Below the pieces are notes generated by a model. It searched no databases and was not told the origin of the DNA. It was given only the letters and a program-made list of their open reading frames with translations. Positions 11,081 through 21,269 of a DNA stretch of 64,000 bases are shown here, piece after piece. Source of the DNA: a candidate division WWE3 bacterium (GTDB lineage: Bacteria > Patescibacteriota > 4484-211 > GCA-002791395); the NCBI GenBank assembly GCA_013335095.1, contig JAAXWF010000001.1, positions 214,797-278,796 on the forward strand. The letters are read 5' to 3'. Numbering within the stretch: the stretch's first letter is position 1; every line of letters starts with the position of its first letter. The position numbers and the translations under genes were made by a program.

Positions 11081-11377
11081 CTATTTCGCTGGCTGCATTG
11101 TGTTTCGATCCTTGTGTCGATAGACAATCCTGCCTAAGGTTAAATCATAAGGTGTTAACTCAACATCTACAATATCTCCCGGAAGAATCCGAATGTAATT
11201 CTTTCGCATTCGACCAGCAATCATAGCTGTTATAATCTTTTCTTCAGCTTGCTCGCTCGTTTTAGGATTGCTTGCATTTGAGCGAGCAGGATCCATCAAC
11301 CGAACACGAAACATAGTATTTGGTAATGTTTCGGTAACTTCTCCTGTAGCAACAATTACATCATCCTTTTGAGCCAT
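11081..11377 (-). CDS. infA: Translation initiation factor IF-1
   Basis: S1-like OB fold, ...[44 protein letters not shown]. Start taken at MAQKDD. Confidence 0.9.
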   Translation of the reverse strand: MAQKDDVIVATGEVTETLPNTMFRVRLMDPARSNASNPKTSEQAEEKIITAMIAGRMRKNYIRILPGDIVDVELTPYDLTLGRIVYRHKDRNTMQPAK

Positions 11378-11437
11378 ACTACGCGTGGATTTTAACCTAT
11401 CCACGCCATTTACGCAAGGCCGTAGCCCGACCTATTT

Positions 11438-12223
11438 TTATAAAGATCGTTTCAATCGTTCTTTTGGCCTTTCAGTCAAAATACGAGGGCCTGAAGATGT
11501 TATCGCAACGGTATGCTCAAACATACCTGATAGTGAACCGTCTGCAGTGACGGCAGTCCAGTCATCATCTAAGATTTCGACCTCATAATCCCCCATAGTG
11601 TACATTATCTCAATTGCTAAAACTAATCCTTCTTTTAACTGATATCCTCGCCCAGGAGTTCCATATCCTGGCACTTGAGGATCTTCCTGCAAATCCTTGC
11701 CGACTCCATGACCAACGAAAGCACGAACGACATTAAAGCCTGCCCCCTCAACGACCGATTGCATTGCATATCCAATATCACCCAGATGATTCCCCACGAC
11801 ACATTGATTGATACCTGCATGCATAGCTTGTTCTCCAGTTTTTAAAAAAGATTGAACAGAGTCATCAATCTCACCAACTTGAATGGTATATGCAGTGTCG
11901 GCATGAAACTCTCGATAAATACAACCGAAATCGATTGTTAATACATCACCTGAGGCTAATATTCGATTCGATGGCATACCGTGAACGACCTCATCATTTA
12001 AACAAATAACAAGATTATACGGAAAGCCTTGATATCCTTTAAATGAAGATGTTACCTGATGCTTTTTTAATAATTCGGCTGCAATAGCTTCCAATTCAAG
12101 TGTCTTCATTCCAACCTTAGCACTATCAATCAACGTTTCTAAGATCTGACCAGCGCGAATACCCGCCTCGGCCATAATCTCGATCTCGCCTTTACTTTTT
12201 ATAGTGATATGGTCTCGTGACAT
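11438..12223 (-). CDS. map: Methionine aminopeptidase type I
   Basis: 261 aa with pita-bread fold motifs (DFGCIYREFHADTAYT, FVGHGVGKDLQEDPQV). Confidence 0.9.
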   Translation of the reverse strand: MSRDHITIKSKGEIEIMAEAGIRAGQILETLIDSAKVGMKTLELEAIAAELLKKHQVTSSFKGYQGFPYNLVICLNDEVVHGMPSNRILASGDVLTIDFGCIYREFHADTAYTIQVGEIDDSVQSFLKTGEQAMHAGINQCVVGNHLGDIGYAMQSVVEGAGFNVVRAFVGHGVGKDLQEDPQVPGYGTPGRGYQLKEGLVLAIEIMYTMGDYEVEILDDDWTAVTADGSLSGMFEHTVAITSSGPRILTERPKERLKRSL

Positions 12224-12225
12224 GA

Positions 12226-12795
12226 TTAATTAGATAGATATGATTGAATGTGGTCCCAAATCTGTTGGTGGACGTTGTCAATGGGTTGAGTCCCGTCAAT
12301 CATAACGACCGGAATTCCGTCTTTTTCGAATTTCTTTAATAGCGGAAGAGTATGCTGTTCAAATGCATTTAAACGGCGTTCTATCGCCTCTTCGGTCTCA
12401 TCTTTTCGTTTCTCAATGACCTTGCGGCTTTCAATTCGTTGCATATAAACCTCTCGATCAACCGTAAGATCAATAACAGCGGCAACTGGTCTTTTAAATA
12501 TCTTCTCCAATTCAGTATACTGCCCCTCTTCGCGGGGGAACCCCTCAAGGACATATCCCTTAATATTTTTATGTTCAGCAATCTGTTCTAGGAGGATTTT
12601 ATGCATTAAGTCATTCGGGACGAGATGCCCCTCAGACCAGTATTCCTCAGCTTCGATTCCCATAGGCGTATTAGCGGCGTATAGGTCCCGTAAAATAGTT
12701 CCAGTGGAGATAAGATATAAACCGAGGCGTTGGGATAATAACTTAGCTTGCGTTGATTTTCCGGACCCTTGAGGCCCCATAATTACAAATACCAT
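12226..12795 (-). CDS. adk: Adenylate kinase (short form, no zinc lid cysteines)
   Basis: P-loop GPQGSGKSTQAKLL, in the conserved secY-adk-map order. Confidence 0.9.
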   Translation of the reverse strand: MVFVIMGPQGSGKSTQAKLLSQRLGLYLISTGTILRDLYAANTPMGIEAEEYWSEGHLVPNDLMHKILLEQIAEHKNIKGYVLEGFPREEGQYTELEKIFKRPVAAVIDLTVDREVYMQRIESRKVIEKRKDETEEAIERRLNAFEQHTLPLLKKFEKDGIPVVMIDGTQPIDNVHQQIWDHIQSYLSN

Positions 12796-12817
12796 GTTTG
12801 TTTTATTCTCTCATCTA

Positions 12818-14116
12818 TTAACTAATAAATCTATCATATCCTCTCATAACCATCATAGCTTCAAGAGAACGAACGGTCTCGACAGTTACTGAGACTACGA
12901 TTAACAAGCTCGTGCCACCAATTGTTACGATAGATCCCACTCCAGGGAACATAAACTGGATCAAAATAGGCATAATAGCAAGCAAACCCAAAAAGATAGA
13001 TCCAGGGACAGTAATTCGGGTTAACAGTCGATTGAGATACTCAGAGGTTGCTCGTCCAGGGCGAACTCCTGGAATGAATCCACCTTGCTTCTGCAAATTT
13101 TCAGCGATTCGATCAGGATTAAAAGACACCGCAGTATAGAAAAAAGTAAATGATACAACCAAAATAAAATACGTGATTGCATACGAAATCGATTGCGGAT
13201 TAAAAAAGTTGGCGACGCTTTGTGCAATATTGGCTACTTGACCACTCGTAACACCTACCAAAAACTGTGCAACTGTTCCAGGTATTAAGACCATAGAAAC
13301 CGCAAATATTATTGGCACAACGCCTGCCTGATTCAAGCGAAGTGGTAAATAGGTAGTTTGCCCGCCAATCTGCTGGGATCCTTTGATTCGTCGGGCATAC
13401 TGAACTGGAACTTGGCGAGTAGCTTCATTAACCAATACGATCCCTGCAATAACTAATATAGAGATGGTTGCAAATAATGCTAAATCTAGTAACGCACCGT
13501 TTTGTTGAGTGCTGAATAACTGACTTAGAGTTAACGGCAAGCCCGAGATAATTCCGACGCTAATTACAATAGATGTTCCATTACCTATTCCATATTCAGT
13601 AATTAATTCGCCAAGCCATACAAGAAACAAAGATCCAGCAGTCAAGCTAAATATCATGACCACTAATTGCACTGGGGTTAATTGAGTTATAAGAGATTGT
13701 TGCCGAAGAATAAAGTACACAGACAACGATTGAACTATCGCAAGTGGAACACTTAACAATCGAGTATATTGATTGATTTTTCGCTGTCCAGATTCCCCAT
13801 CTTTCTGCAGTTCTTCAAGGCGAGGGATTACCAGAGTCATGAGTTGGATAATAATTGACGCATTGATGTATGGATTAAGACCAAGTGCTAATAGTGAAAA
13901 GTTAGATAAAGCGCCACCTGAAAACATATTTAACAATCCCAAAAATTGAGATTGGGCAAATAGATTGCGAAGAGATGCAAGGTCAACACCCGGCAATGGA
14001 ACATGTGAAACGATACGGTAGATCAGTAAAAGAAATGCAGTCAATAAAATCTTTCTCCGCAGGTCTGGTGTTTCCCACGCATTTCGTAATATTTGTGTTA
14101 TACGCTCCATAGGCAA
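12818..14116 (-). CDS. secY: Preprotein translocase subunit SecY
   Basis: 432-aa 10-TM protein with a conserved SecY N-terminus and in the expected operon position. Unusually, it is not preceded by L15. Confidence 0.95.
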   Translation of the reverse strand: MPMERITQILRNAWETPDLRRKILLTAFLLLIYRIVSHVPLPGVDLASLRNLFAQSQFLGLLNMFSGGALSNFSLLALGLNPYINASIIIQLMTLVIPRLEELQKDGESGQRKINQYTRLLSVPLAIVQSLSVYFILRQQSLITQLTPVQLVVMIFSLTAGSLFLVWLGELITEYGIGNGTSIVISVGIISGLPLTLSQLFSTQQNGALLDLALFATISILVIAGIVLVNEATRQVPVQYARRIKGSQQIGGQTTYLPLRLNQAGVVPIIFAVSMVLIPGTVAQFLVGVTSGQVANIAQSVANFFNPQSISYAITYFILVVSFTFFYTAVSFNPDRIAENLQKQGGFIPGVRPGRATSEYLNRLLTRITVPGSIFLGLLAIMPILIQFMFPGVGSIVTIGGTSLLIVVSVTVETVRSLEAMMVMRGYDRFIS

Positions 14117-14131
14117 GGCTTATTGTACCAC

Positions 14132-14473
14132 TTACAACCAACCGAAAATCCGATTTAAAATATGCACGATAACAAAAAGGAGATACAGACTACTTAGTGA
14201 ACTAATTGACATGATTATGTTAACTAAGAACGGCTGTCGACGATATAACAATGCAGTAATGATAAGATCTGTGGATAAAATCCCAATGGATAATCCTGGC
14301 AATAACCAAATCCACTCGCGGGACGCTAACTGAGGTTCTCCCCAAGGCTGCAAAAACCATAGAGGTATCGCCGTTGGAATCCAACGATAGTTTAGAAACA
14401 CTAGCCAGAAAATACACTGACTAATAAATAACGCAAACAATGTATTGGTAAAAACACCGCGATTTTTAAACAT
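14132..14473 (-). CDS. Hypothetical small polytopic membrane protein
   Basis: 113 aa with about 3 hydrophobic helices. Occupies the slot upstream of secY where rplO normally sits. Confidence 0.35.
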   Translation of the reverse strand: MFKNRGVFTNTLFALFISQCIFWLVFLNYRWIPTAIPLWFLQPWGEPQLASREWIWLLPGLSIGILSTDLIITALLYRRQPFLVNIIMSISSLSSLYLLFVIVHILNRIFGWL

Positions 14474-14475
14474 AT

Positions 14476-15273
14476 TTATTGTATTGCGAACAAACTTAGA
14501 GCATTGGTATCGGTCTTTGATATAACATCAGCAGGACTTATTCCCCAGCACTCTCCGACAGTATTCGCCACTAATTCTACCATCCAGGACTCATTTCGCT
14601 GTCCTCGATATGATTGGGGAGCTAAAAACGGTGCATCGGTCTCAAGAACTAATCGATCATGCGGAATCTGCGTAATTGCTTCCCGCAACAATTTTGCTGA
14701 TGGATAAGTAGAAATGCCGTTTATACCTATGAATAGATTTGTATTCAGTACTTGTTGAGCAGCTACAGAGTCGCCTGTAAACGAGTGCCAAACGCCTTTA
14801 AGTGTCGTATTTGCGAAGTCGTTAAGTATTTCTAAAGTATCCGGAGTGGCCTCTCGAGAGTGGATTATAACCGGAAGATTATGTTCTAATGCAAGCTCAA
14901 GTTGAGAACGAAATAACTCTTTTTGTAACGCTACCGAAGATTCCAAGATAAGTTCAGAATGATAATCTAACCCGGCCTCGCCAATAGCTACAATTTTTGA
15001 AGTAGATGACGGGGTAATAAGTAATATAAGTTCATTTACTGCGGCTGAAATAGAGCCGAAATCCTTAATAATCGAATCGACTTCTTCAGGGTGAATACCT
15101 ATTGATGCAAACATAAAATCATTTTGTAAAGCCAAATCTAGGGCGGCTTGACTCGTTTTAATATCTATTCCGACATTAATTAGGGCACGCAACTTTTCGT
15201 GACATCGACCAATAACAGCACTCCGATCTAAGTCATATTGTTCAAAGTACAAATGAGCATGAGTATCAATCAT
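14476..15273 (-). CDS. TatD-family metal-dependent hydrolase (DNase)
   Basis: MIDTHAHLYFEQYD... and ..ETDAPFLAP.. motifs of the TatD/amidohydrolase fold. The start is trimmed to MIDTHAHL. Confidence 0.8.
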   Translation of the reverse strand: MIDTHAHLYFEQYDLDRSAVIGRCHEKLRALINVGIDIKTSQAALDLALQNDFMFASIGIHPEEVDSIIKDFGSISAAVNELILLITPSSTSKIVAIGEAGLDYHSELILESSVALQKELFRSQLELALEHNLPVIIHSREATPDTLEILNDFANTTLKGVWHSFTGDSVAAQQVLNTNLFIGINGISTYPSAKLLREAITQIPHDRLVLETDAPFLAPQSYRGQRNESWMVELVANTVGECWGISPADVISKTDTNALSLFAIQ

Positions 15274-15338
15274 GAGTTTAATTATACGTTGCAGTGCATA
15301 ATTCATCAGTTCTTAAACGATTTTGATATCATAAAAGG

Positions 15339-17159
15339 ATGATAAAAAAAATAACCTTAGTTGTATCGACTTTCTTTTTTATCTTCACAGTTCTATCGAC
15401 AAATACTGCCTTTGGTGATCAACTAGACGATCAATTAAGTGACACACAACAGAAACTGAACGCTGCGGTCGCTGAAAAAAATAAAACACAATCAGAGCTC
15501 AATAGACTGGAAAAGCTTAAACAACAATATACCGGATCACTAAGATCCTTACAAAATACGATTGCCATAACCAATCAACAAATAGACCTTACCAACGAAA
15601 CCATTAAAAACAAGGAGAACGAGATGAATCAAGTAAAAGATGATATTAAAAAATCTGAAGACGATATTAATCACCGTAAAGACCAACTCAAGAATACAAT
15701 ACGGGCTTTTTATATGATTGGACAACCGAACAAATTTGAATCCATCTTGAATCCCCTGGGAAATACAGCCGCAACACAAGGATTTGTGTATCGGATGAAT
15801 GTTATTGCGAACAGTAAAGTACAAATACTCGATCTCAATAATGATTTAGCTAAAATAAATGAGATCAAAAAATCTCTTGAGGAGCTGCAAGCTCAACTTC
15901 AGAAAGATAAAACTGATCTAGAACAAAAAAAGACCGACTTACAACGAAGTATTCAAGCGACACAAGGCAATCTTGCAACGACCTCGTCACAATCCCAAAA
16001 TGTTCAACAATCGTTATTAGGATTAGAAGGGCAAATATCTTCCCTTACTCAAAAACAAAGAGAGATTTTAGCCGCCAAAGCAGCCGCGGCACTAGCATCT
16101 ACAACCGTTGGAAATACGGAAATTAACAAAGCAGCAATCGAAAAGAATGCACCGAAAGACGGCAATGTTTACTTTTCTTTTTGGACATATGGATACCCAC
16201 ACCGTGTGGGACTTAGCCAGTACGGCGCATTAGGCAGGGCGTGGTCTGGACAATCCACGGAGCAAATATTAAAGGCATATTATCAGGGAGTGACCTTAAC
16301 AACATGGGAAGCACCAGCTTCAATAACCATTTCAACAGCGAACGGTAATCAAACCATCCCGTTTGAGGAAGATTACTTAATGGGGATTGGCGAAATGCCC
16401 TCTTGTTGGGGAGATTCCAGTCACAAGGGACTTGAAGCCCTAAAAGCCCAAGCCATAATAGCCCGCACGTATGCGCTCAATTATACAAATAATGGAACTC
16501 AACCCATTTGCACAACTCAATCGTGCCAAGTGTACATAGGTGCAAGCAAAATAAACGGGGCATGTGGAAATTATTGGAAACAAGCGGTTGAAGAAACCAG
16601 AGGACTAGTCCTAACTTCCGCAGGCCAGCTAATCTCTGCCGTGTATGCCTCCACGTCTGGTGGATTTACCTTAAACTCGGAGGATGCAAGTCCGCACTTT
16701 AACTCGTATCGAAGCTATTTGCGTGGTATTGCAGATTTTGATGCTAATGGTAAACCATATGAAGGACCAGATTACGGCGGATCCCCTTGGTATCACAAAG
16801 CCTGGGGTGATCAACCGTGGCTAAGTATATCTCAGGTAGCGGATATGTTTAATGCCGCACTTCTACCCGAAAGCTATAATAACCAACTCAGCACAATCTC
16901 TAAAGAGGACATCGTTAATCAGTTAACACAAAACGGCATTACTCCAATAACTAATTTTAAAGCTCTTGAGATTATCGATCAAAATGGAAACAAAGGAGCA
17001 AACACGGCGCAGGTTGCAAAGGTTCGGGCTTATTTTGGAGAGGGACAAATGGCTGAAGTTACAGGCGCTCGATTTAAATTTGTGTTTAACTTACGATCTC
17101 CTGGAACTGATGCTATTTGGACAACTCGCTTTGATGTGATAACTGCAGCTGAATTATAA
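15339..17159 (+). CDS. Secreted SpoIID/LytB-domain protein with N-terminal coiled coil
   Basis: Signal peptide, then ~250 aa of heptad-rich coiled coil. The SpoIID/LytB-like region covers GYPHRVGLSQYGALGRAW...EALKAQAIIARTYALNY...CTTQSCQVY. Confidence 0.65.
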   Translation: MIKKITLVVSTFFFIFTVLSTNTAFGDQLDDQLSDTQQKLNAAVAEKNKTQSELNRLEKLKQQYTGSLRSLQNTIAITNQQIDLTNETIKNKENEMNQVKDDIKKSEDDINHRKDQLKNTIRAFYMIGQPNKFESILNPLGNTAATQGFVYRMNVIANSKVQILDLNNDLAKINEIKKSLEELQAQLQKDKTDLEQKKTDLQRSIQATQGNLATTSSQSQNVQQSLLGLEGQISSLTQKQREILAAKAAAALASTTVGNTEINKAAIEKNAPKDGNVYFSFWTYGYPHRVGLSQYGALGRAWSGQSTEQILKAYYQGVTLTTWEAPASITISTANGNQTIPFEEDYLMGIGEMPSCWGDSSHKGLEALKAQAIIARTYALNYTNNGTQPICTTQSCQVYIGASKINGACGNYWKQAVEETRGLVLTSAGQLISAVYASTSGGFTLNSEDASPHFNSYRSYLRGIADFDANGKPYEGPDYGGSPWYHKAWGDQPWLSISQVADMFNAALLPESYNNQLSTISKEDIVNQLTQNGITPITNFKALEIIDQNGNKGANTAQVAKVRAYFGEGQMAEVTGARFKFVFNLRSPGTDAIWTTRFDVITAAEL

Positions 17160-17171
17160 ATCGTAGAATGT

Positions 17172-17927
17172 TTAGTGAAATCGAATTTCCAGAGGCAATG
17201 AGAATGTATCTTCCTGAGATAAAGATTGATCCGCTCCCCAAACTGAAACATCAATAGTCGCCTGTTCTCCCGGGGTCAGTTTAATAGTGCGGGTTTGTGC
17301 AGATATTATCGAGTTCGGCTCAACTACGATAGCACCGGTATATACTGTTTGACCTACATTATGACGCTGCATTAATGGAGTGACAACAAGACCATCTGTA
17401 GAGACGACAAGAACCTTTGTAGACTCATTCTCAATCCAAATAAGGTCACCTTCTTTAAATAGGGTCGGATCAGCTACTTGAACTAGGGTCGCTCCTTTTT
17501 CTATAGACTTCGTTAAAGTAGTACTATGATTTGAAGAACTAATGGTGATCAACAAACGATCGAATTTAGTAAACGATTCAGATGCCGGCAAACTAGGGGC
17601 GACAACCTCAACATCAAACGATTCGGTCGCACTTACATTATAGAGTGAATAGGCGCCGTAATACGTTGCCTTTTGGTTACGAAAAGAAGTCAGACTAATC
17701 GTATCAGTATATTTACCATTGGCAAGGGAGGTTGGAGAAAAAGCAACGTACCCGTTAAAGTCTTTTACATTAGGAATAACATTGATATTTTCTGGAGCAA
17801 CGACACGAGTTCCTGCAACAACTCCAATTTGCGCAGGTAAACGTAACATCCATTCCGATCCGACGAAAGGAAATCCCAGCAAGACGAATAACATTAATAG
17901 TAGTCCAATATTAAGCAGTGTTTTCAT
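17172..17927 (-). CDS. Hypothetical secreted protein
   Basis: 251 aa with an N-terminal signal/anchor and a beta-rich, Ser/Thr-rich body. No recognised motif. Confidence 0.4.
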   Translation of the reverse strand: MKTLLNIGLLLMLFVLLGFPFVGSEWMLRLPAQIGVVAGTRVVAPENINVIPNVKDFNGYVAFSPTSLANGKYTDTISLTSFRNQKATYYGAYSLYNVSATESFDVEVVAPSLPASESFTKFDRLLITISSSNHSTTLTKSIEKGATLVQVADPTLFKEGDLIWIENESTKVLVVSTDGLVVTPLMQRHNVGQTVYTGAIVVEPNSIISAQTRTIKLTPGEQATIDVSVWGADQSLSQEDTFSLPLEIRFH

Positions 17928-17929
17928 TA

Positions 17930-18454
17930 TTATAGTTTACTTGGCTCCATTTCTCTTTCAACATCAGCAACAACAAACCATGTAGAAAATATTGCGACCA
18001 TAAAAGAAACAAAGAGTAACCAGGATTGGCCCATATTTAGTAAGGTTTGAAATCCAATTAACATCGTCGTTAACCAAACTAATGCTAACCAAACAGTTGC
18101 TTGATGGTAAATATCTTCTGAACTGACAATAAGGGCCGTTAAATTTAATGATAATAAACGAAGCACAATCTTTGGCTCAATATGACTTTCATGCAAATGA
18201 TATGCTCGCAACAACACCCATACCAAACCGCACAAGGCCACAAATAGCATCACTAGATTGGAATAAGTGTTAATAAAACTTAGGCGGATAGGATCTTCAA
18301 TTATCAGTCGAGGAACAACTGTTTGGGGATCCAACCGCCACCCCACCGCACTTGTTTGAATCAAATATAAAACAGCAATTACTTTCGCTAGAAAAACAGA
18401 CAATGCAGGAATTATTGATTCGTCAATGAGTCGTAATAGAATGCGTGAAGACAT
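17930..18454 (-). CDS. Hypothetical polytopic membrane protein
   Basis: 174 aa with 4-5 predicted TM helices. Separated by 3 nt from the downstream secreted protein, so probably co-transcribed. Confidence 0.4.
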   Translation of the reverse strand: MSSRILLRLIDESIIPALSVFLAKVIAVLYLIQTSAVGWRLDPQTVVPRLIIEDPIRLSFINTYSNLVMLFVALCGLVWVLLRAYHLHESHIEPKIVLRLLSLNLTALIVSSEDIYHQATVWLALVWLTTMLIGFQTLLNMGQSWLLFVSFMVAIFSTWFVVADVEREMEPSKL

Positions 18455-18513
18455 GATGGCTTTAGTATAGGAACGGGTCTAAATCGATGTCAAGTAAGAA
18501 CATTAACAATTCA

Positions 18514-19533
18514 TTAAAAACCGATGACGTACACTTTTCCAAAATTCGTATTCGTAGCGACTGCCCATTTTCCGGTTTTATCAAGAGCAATATTATTCAA
18601 GCCCTCCGCAACATTAAATGCCGAAGTTAATTTAACAACCTGGGTCATTCGTCCCTGATCAAGATCAACAACACCAACCTCATTTGACGTAAAGCCCGTT
18701 ACATACATCTTTCTATGGGCGTTATCTAGTGTAAGGTCAAGAGGCGACTGAACAACATCTATAGTCTTTACAACTTTATTGGTTGTAGTATCGACCTTAA
18801 CTAATTTGTCTCCGTAAATATCAACGAGCCATAATGTATCGCTATCTAATTCAGCTAGTAATTCCCGTGGTCTTCCGACAGGATCGACAAGTCCGACAAC
18901 TAACCTGTTATCTACACCAATAACAGATAAAGTACCATCAACATCATTTGCTACATAAACGAAATCATTATTCCGATCAATTGCGATTCCCTGCGGAGCG
19001 TTGCCAACTCGAATAGTACTCACTACTTTGAACTCATATAAATTTACAACACTCACTGTATTATCAATCTCGTTTACGACAAATAAGGTGGAGCCATCAT
19101 TAGTCATCACCATATTTCCAGGTTTTGATCCAACTTTAATTTGTCCTAAAACCTGAAATGAATCTAATGATAGTTTATACAAAGTATCTGACGAAGAGGT
19201 AACGTACAAATAATTGTTTATTTTATCAACATATAACTTATTGGCACTTGGTACTGAAATTTGACCAATAATTTTTCGTGATTCAGCACTTAACGTATAA
19301 ATAATACCTTCATCATAGCTTGTAATTAAAAAGACATTGCGGCTTGATACATAAATAACATCATTTAGATCATCTCCAGCACTAACCCCTTGGACGTCAA
19401 CCAGTTCATTTGGCTCAATAATAGCGGGCTCCGATATAGAAGATGTATCTTTATGAGACCAGCTCCAATAGCCAAGTCCAATTAGTAAAAGAAGAATTAA
19501 TCCTAATATTATTTTAGTTACAATATGTTTCAT
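18514..19533 (-). CDS. Membrane-anchored YVTN-type beta-propeller repeat protein
   Basis: N-terminal TM, then ~40-residue repeats with the pattern (L)YV(T/A)N...T(L)SVID characteristic of the YVTN family (e.g. LYVTSSSDTLYKLSL, LFVVNEIDNTVSVVNL, VYVANDVDGTLSVIGV, MYVTGFTSNEVGVVDL). Confidence 0.55.
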   Translation of the reverse strand: MKHIVTKIILGLILLLLIGLGYWSWSHKDTSSISEPAIIEPNELVDVQGVSAGDDLNDVIYVSSRNVFLITSYDEGIIYTLSAESRKIIGQISVPSANKLYVDKINNYLYVTSSSDTLYKLSLDSFQVLGQIKVGSKPGNMVMTNDGSTLFVVNEIDNTVSVVNLYEFKVVSTIRVGNAPQGIAIDRNNDFVYVANDVDGTLSVIGVDNRLVVGLVDPVGRPRELLAELDSDTLWLVDIYGDKLVKVDTTTNKVVKTIDVVQSPLDLTLDNAHRKMYVTGFTSNEVGVVDLDQGRMTQVVKLTSAFNVAEGLNNIALDKTGKWAVATNTNFGKVYVIGF

Positions 19534-19535
19534 AT

Positions 19536-21269
19536 TTATTCTTGTAATGGACTAATCCATCGTATAAAGGACATAAACATATTACTTGATGCTTCAGTAG
19601 ATGAAGGTTGAATCGCTGCGATAGAAGAGCACGCAGCATTAGTATAATCCATATACGTTGCCGGACAGAGTGTACTACCACTTCTAATAATTTCATATTC
19701 CAAATGGTTGTGTGTAGTATTTCCCGTCAATCCGACAACACCAATATAATCTCCAGAATTAACGGCAAAACGTGTAACTTCGATATCACTTCCAAAGCAT
19801 GGTGAGTCAGAAGGATGAGTAGTAGCCACAGCATCCCCCGGCAATTGGGTCGCTAAATGAGAACTAATAGTACGATATACACCATCTATTCCGATAACGA
19901 TCACATATACACCACGAGATGCATAGGTCGTTGTAGATGTTTCATTAATACATCGATATGCGGTACCTCTTAGGGTGGCAAATATGGGGAAGACACCTTC
20001 TATGTCGACTTTTTGACCACTAGAAACACCGTTAGCACAGTACGTAGCATCAGCTGGACAATGTCCAGGATTATTGTTAGGTGACGAACATCCCGACGTT
20101 ACGGTACGGCTTGTAGATGAATCGTTTGGCCACCCACAAGGAACTGGTGGAAGTAGGGTTGGTGTAGGCGTTGGCGTGTCTGAAATATCAGGATTAATAG
20201 TAGGTTCAGGAATTACGATGGCATTGTATTGCCCCATTTTTCCAAAAGGCATGGGGGGGACTTCTACGTACTGCCCCGTATCGTAATCATAGTAACGGAA
20301 TGACCTAGCATCACCAGAATATGCAGTACCGTCTTTCTGTCCTTTATCTTGGTTGGTAGGTCGACGAGGATATAACGGACTAACCATCGCTGGGGGTACA
20401 ACTTTTGCACAAGTCTTACATTCAATATCTCCATCCGGAATTAACTCCTCACCACGCGGACACGTATTTGCATCAAACCTCACATTTGCATTGGTAACAA
20501 ACCACTCTGGTGGATAACACGTATTCTCCTCACCCACCGGTAATACATAATACTTGCGAGGTGTTGGACCTACATACCCCCAATTATTATTAGGAGTAGG
20601 GGTAACACTGAGTAACGGAGGATCATCATTAAATCCGGTACACGCGACTCGAGTCCAGTCTATTGTAGGAAACGCTGATTGCAGAGTACTCAATGGCCAG
20701 ACTTGTCTCATTGCTGTATACCAATCAACCCCACCAGGATGGTATTCATAGTGCCACCATTCTAGTACTCCATCAGTTGTGTGCTTGGGAATACGATTCC
20801 ATCCTTGAGCTTCAAATAACGCCGTGACATCAATACTCCCCAATGGACCATTTGCTACCACTCTAAACAGCTGCCCCTCAGGAGTAACTGTAAATGCTCC
20901 TGAAGTAGGTAGATTATATAAACTCGTTGTATATAAATCGACAGCACGACCAGTTTTATGCCAAGATCGATTAATAGAACCAGTACCAGCCGGAAGACTG
21001 GCTGGTCGCAACATATCCGAAGTTCTTCCTAGCGCATCAACACCAGTAGCGGCTAATACAGCTTGCCTGATATTTAAAAAACTATCATGCGCATTTGGAA
21101 TTAGCTTAGCCATTGATGCAACAGAATTCTGAACTCCATCGACGGTAACAAGTGGTAGATTGGGGCAACTATCCTGAGCATGGGCTTTAGATATATTATG
21201 TGGTAACTGTTTAGCCAGTACGACAAATAAAATAAATGCAGAAAGTGAGACTATTGTTAATCGTTTCAT
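19536..21269 (-). CDS. Secreted two-domain peptidoglycan hydrolase: N-terminal M15-like carboxypeptidase and C-terminal M23/LytM-like domain
   Basis: Signal peptide. SWHKTGRAVDL fits the M15 SxHxxGxAxD motif. A Pro/Thr linker (PTPTPTLLPPVP) follows. The C-terminus has HCPAD (HxxxD) and VGLTGNTTHNHLEYEI (M23 HxH motif). Confidence 0.55.
   Translation of the reverse strand: MKRLTIVSLSAFILFVVLAKQLPHNISKAHAQDSCPNLPLVTVDGVQNSVASMAKLIPNAHDSFLNIRQAVLAATGVDALGRTSDMLRPASLPAGTGSINRSWHKTGRAVDLYTTSLYNLPTSGAFTVTPEGQLFRVVANGPLGSIDVTALFEAQGWNRIPKHTTDGVLEWWHYEYHPGGVDWYTAMRQVWPLSTLQSAFPTIDWTRVACTGFNDDPPLLSVTPTPNNNWGYVGPTPRKYYVLPVGEENTCYPPEWFVTNANVRFDANTCPRGEELIPDGDIECKTCAKVVPPAMVSPLYPRRPTNQDKGQKDGTAYSGDARSFRYYDYDTGQYVEVPPMPFGKMGQYNAIVIPEPTINPDISDTPTPTPTLLPPVPCGWPNDSSTSRTVTSGCSSPNNNPGHCPADATYCANGVSSGQKVDIEGVFPIFATLRGTAYRCINETSTTTYASRGVYVIVIGIDGVYRTISSHLATQLPGDAVATTHPSDSPCFGSDIEVTRFAVNSGDYIGVVGLTGNTTHNHLEYEIIRSGSTLCPATYMDYTNAACSSIAAIQPSSTEASSNMFMSFIRWISPLQE

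Noticed and set aside
17930-18454. 174-aa polytopic membrane protein as a SipW-type signal peptidase or sortase partner of the adjacent secreted protein
   Set aside because: No Ser/Lys peptidase motifs and no sortase TLxTC motif are present. The idea is unsupported.
20074-20286. GVGVGV-repeat ORF and the PTPTPT-encoding stretch, considered as a tandem repeat or mobile feature
   Set aside because: It is the antisense of, or the same as, a Pro/Thr linker codon repeat within the M15+M23 hydrolase gene. It is a low-complexity linker, not an independent repeat element.
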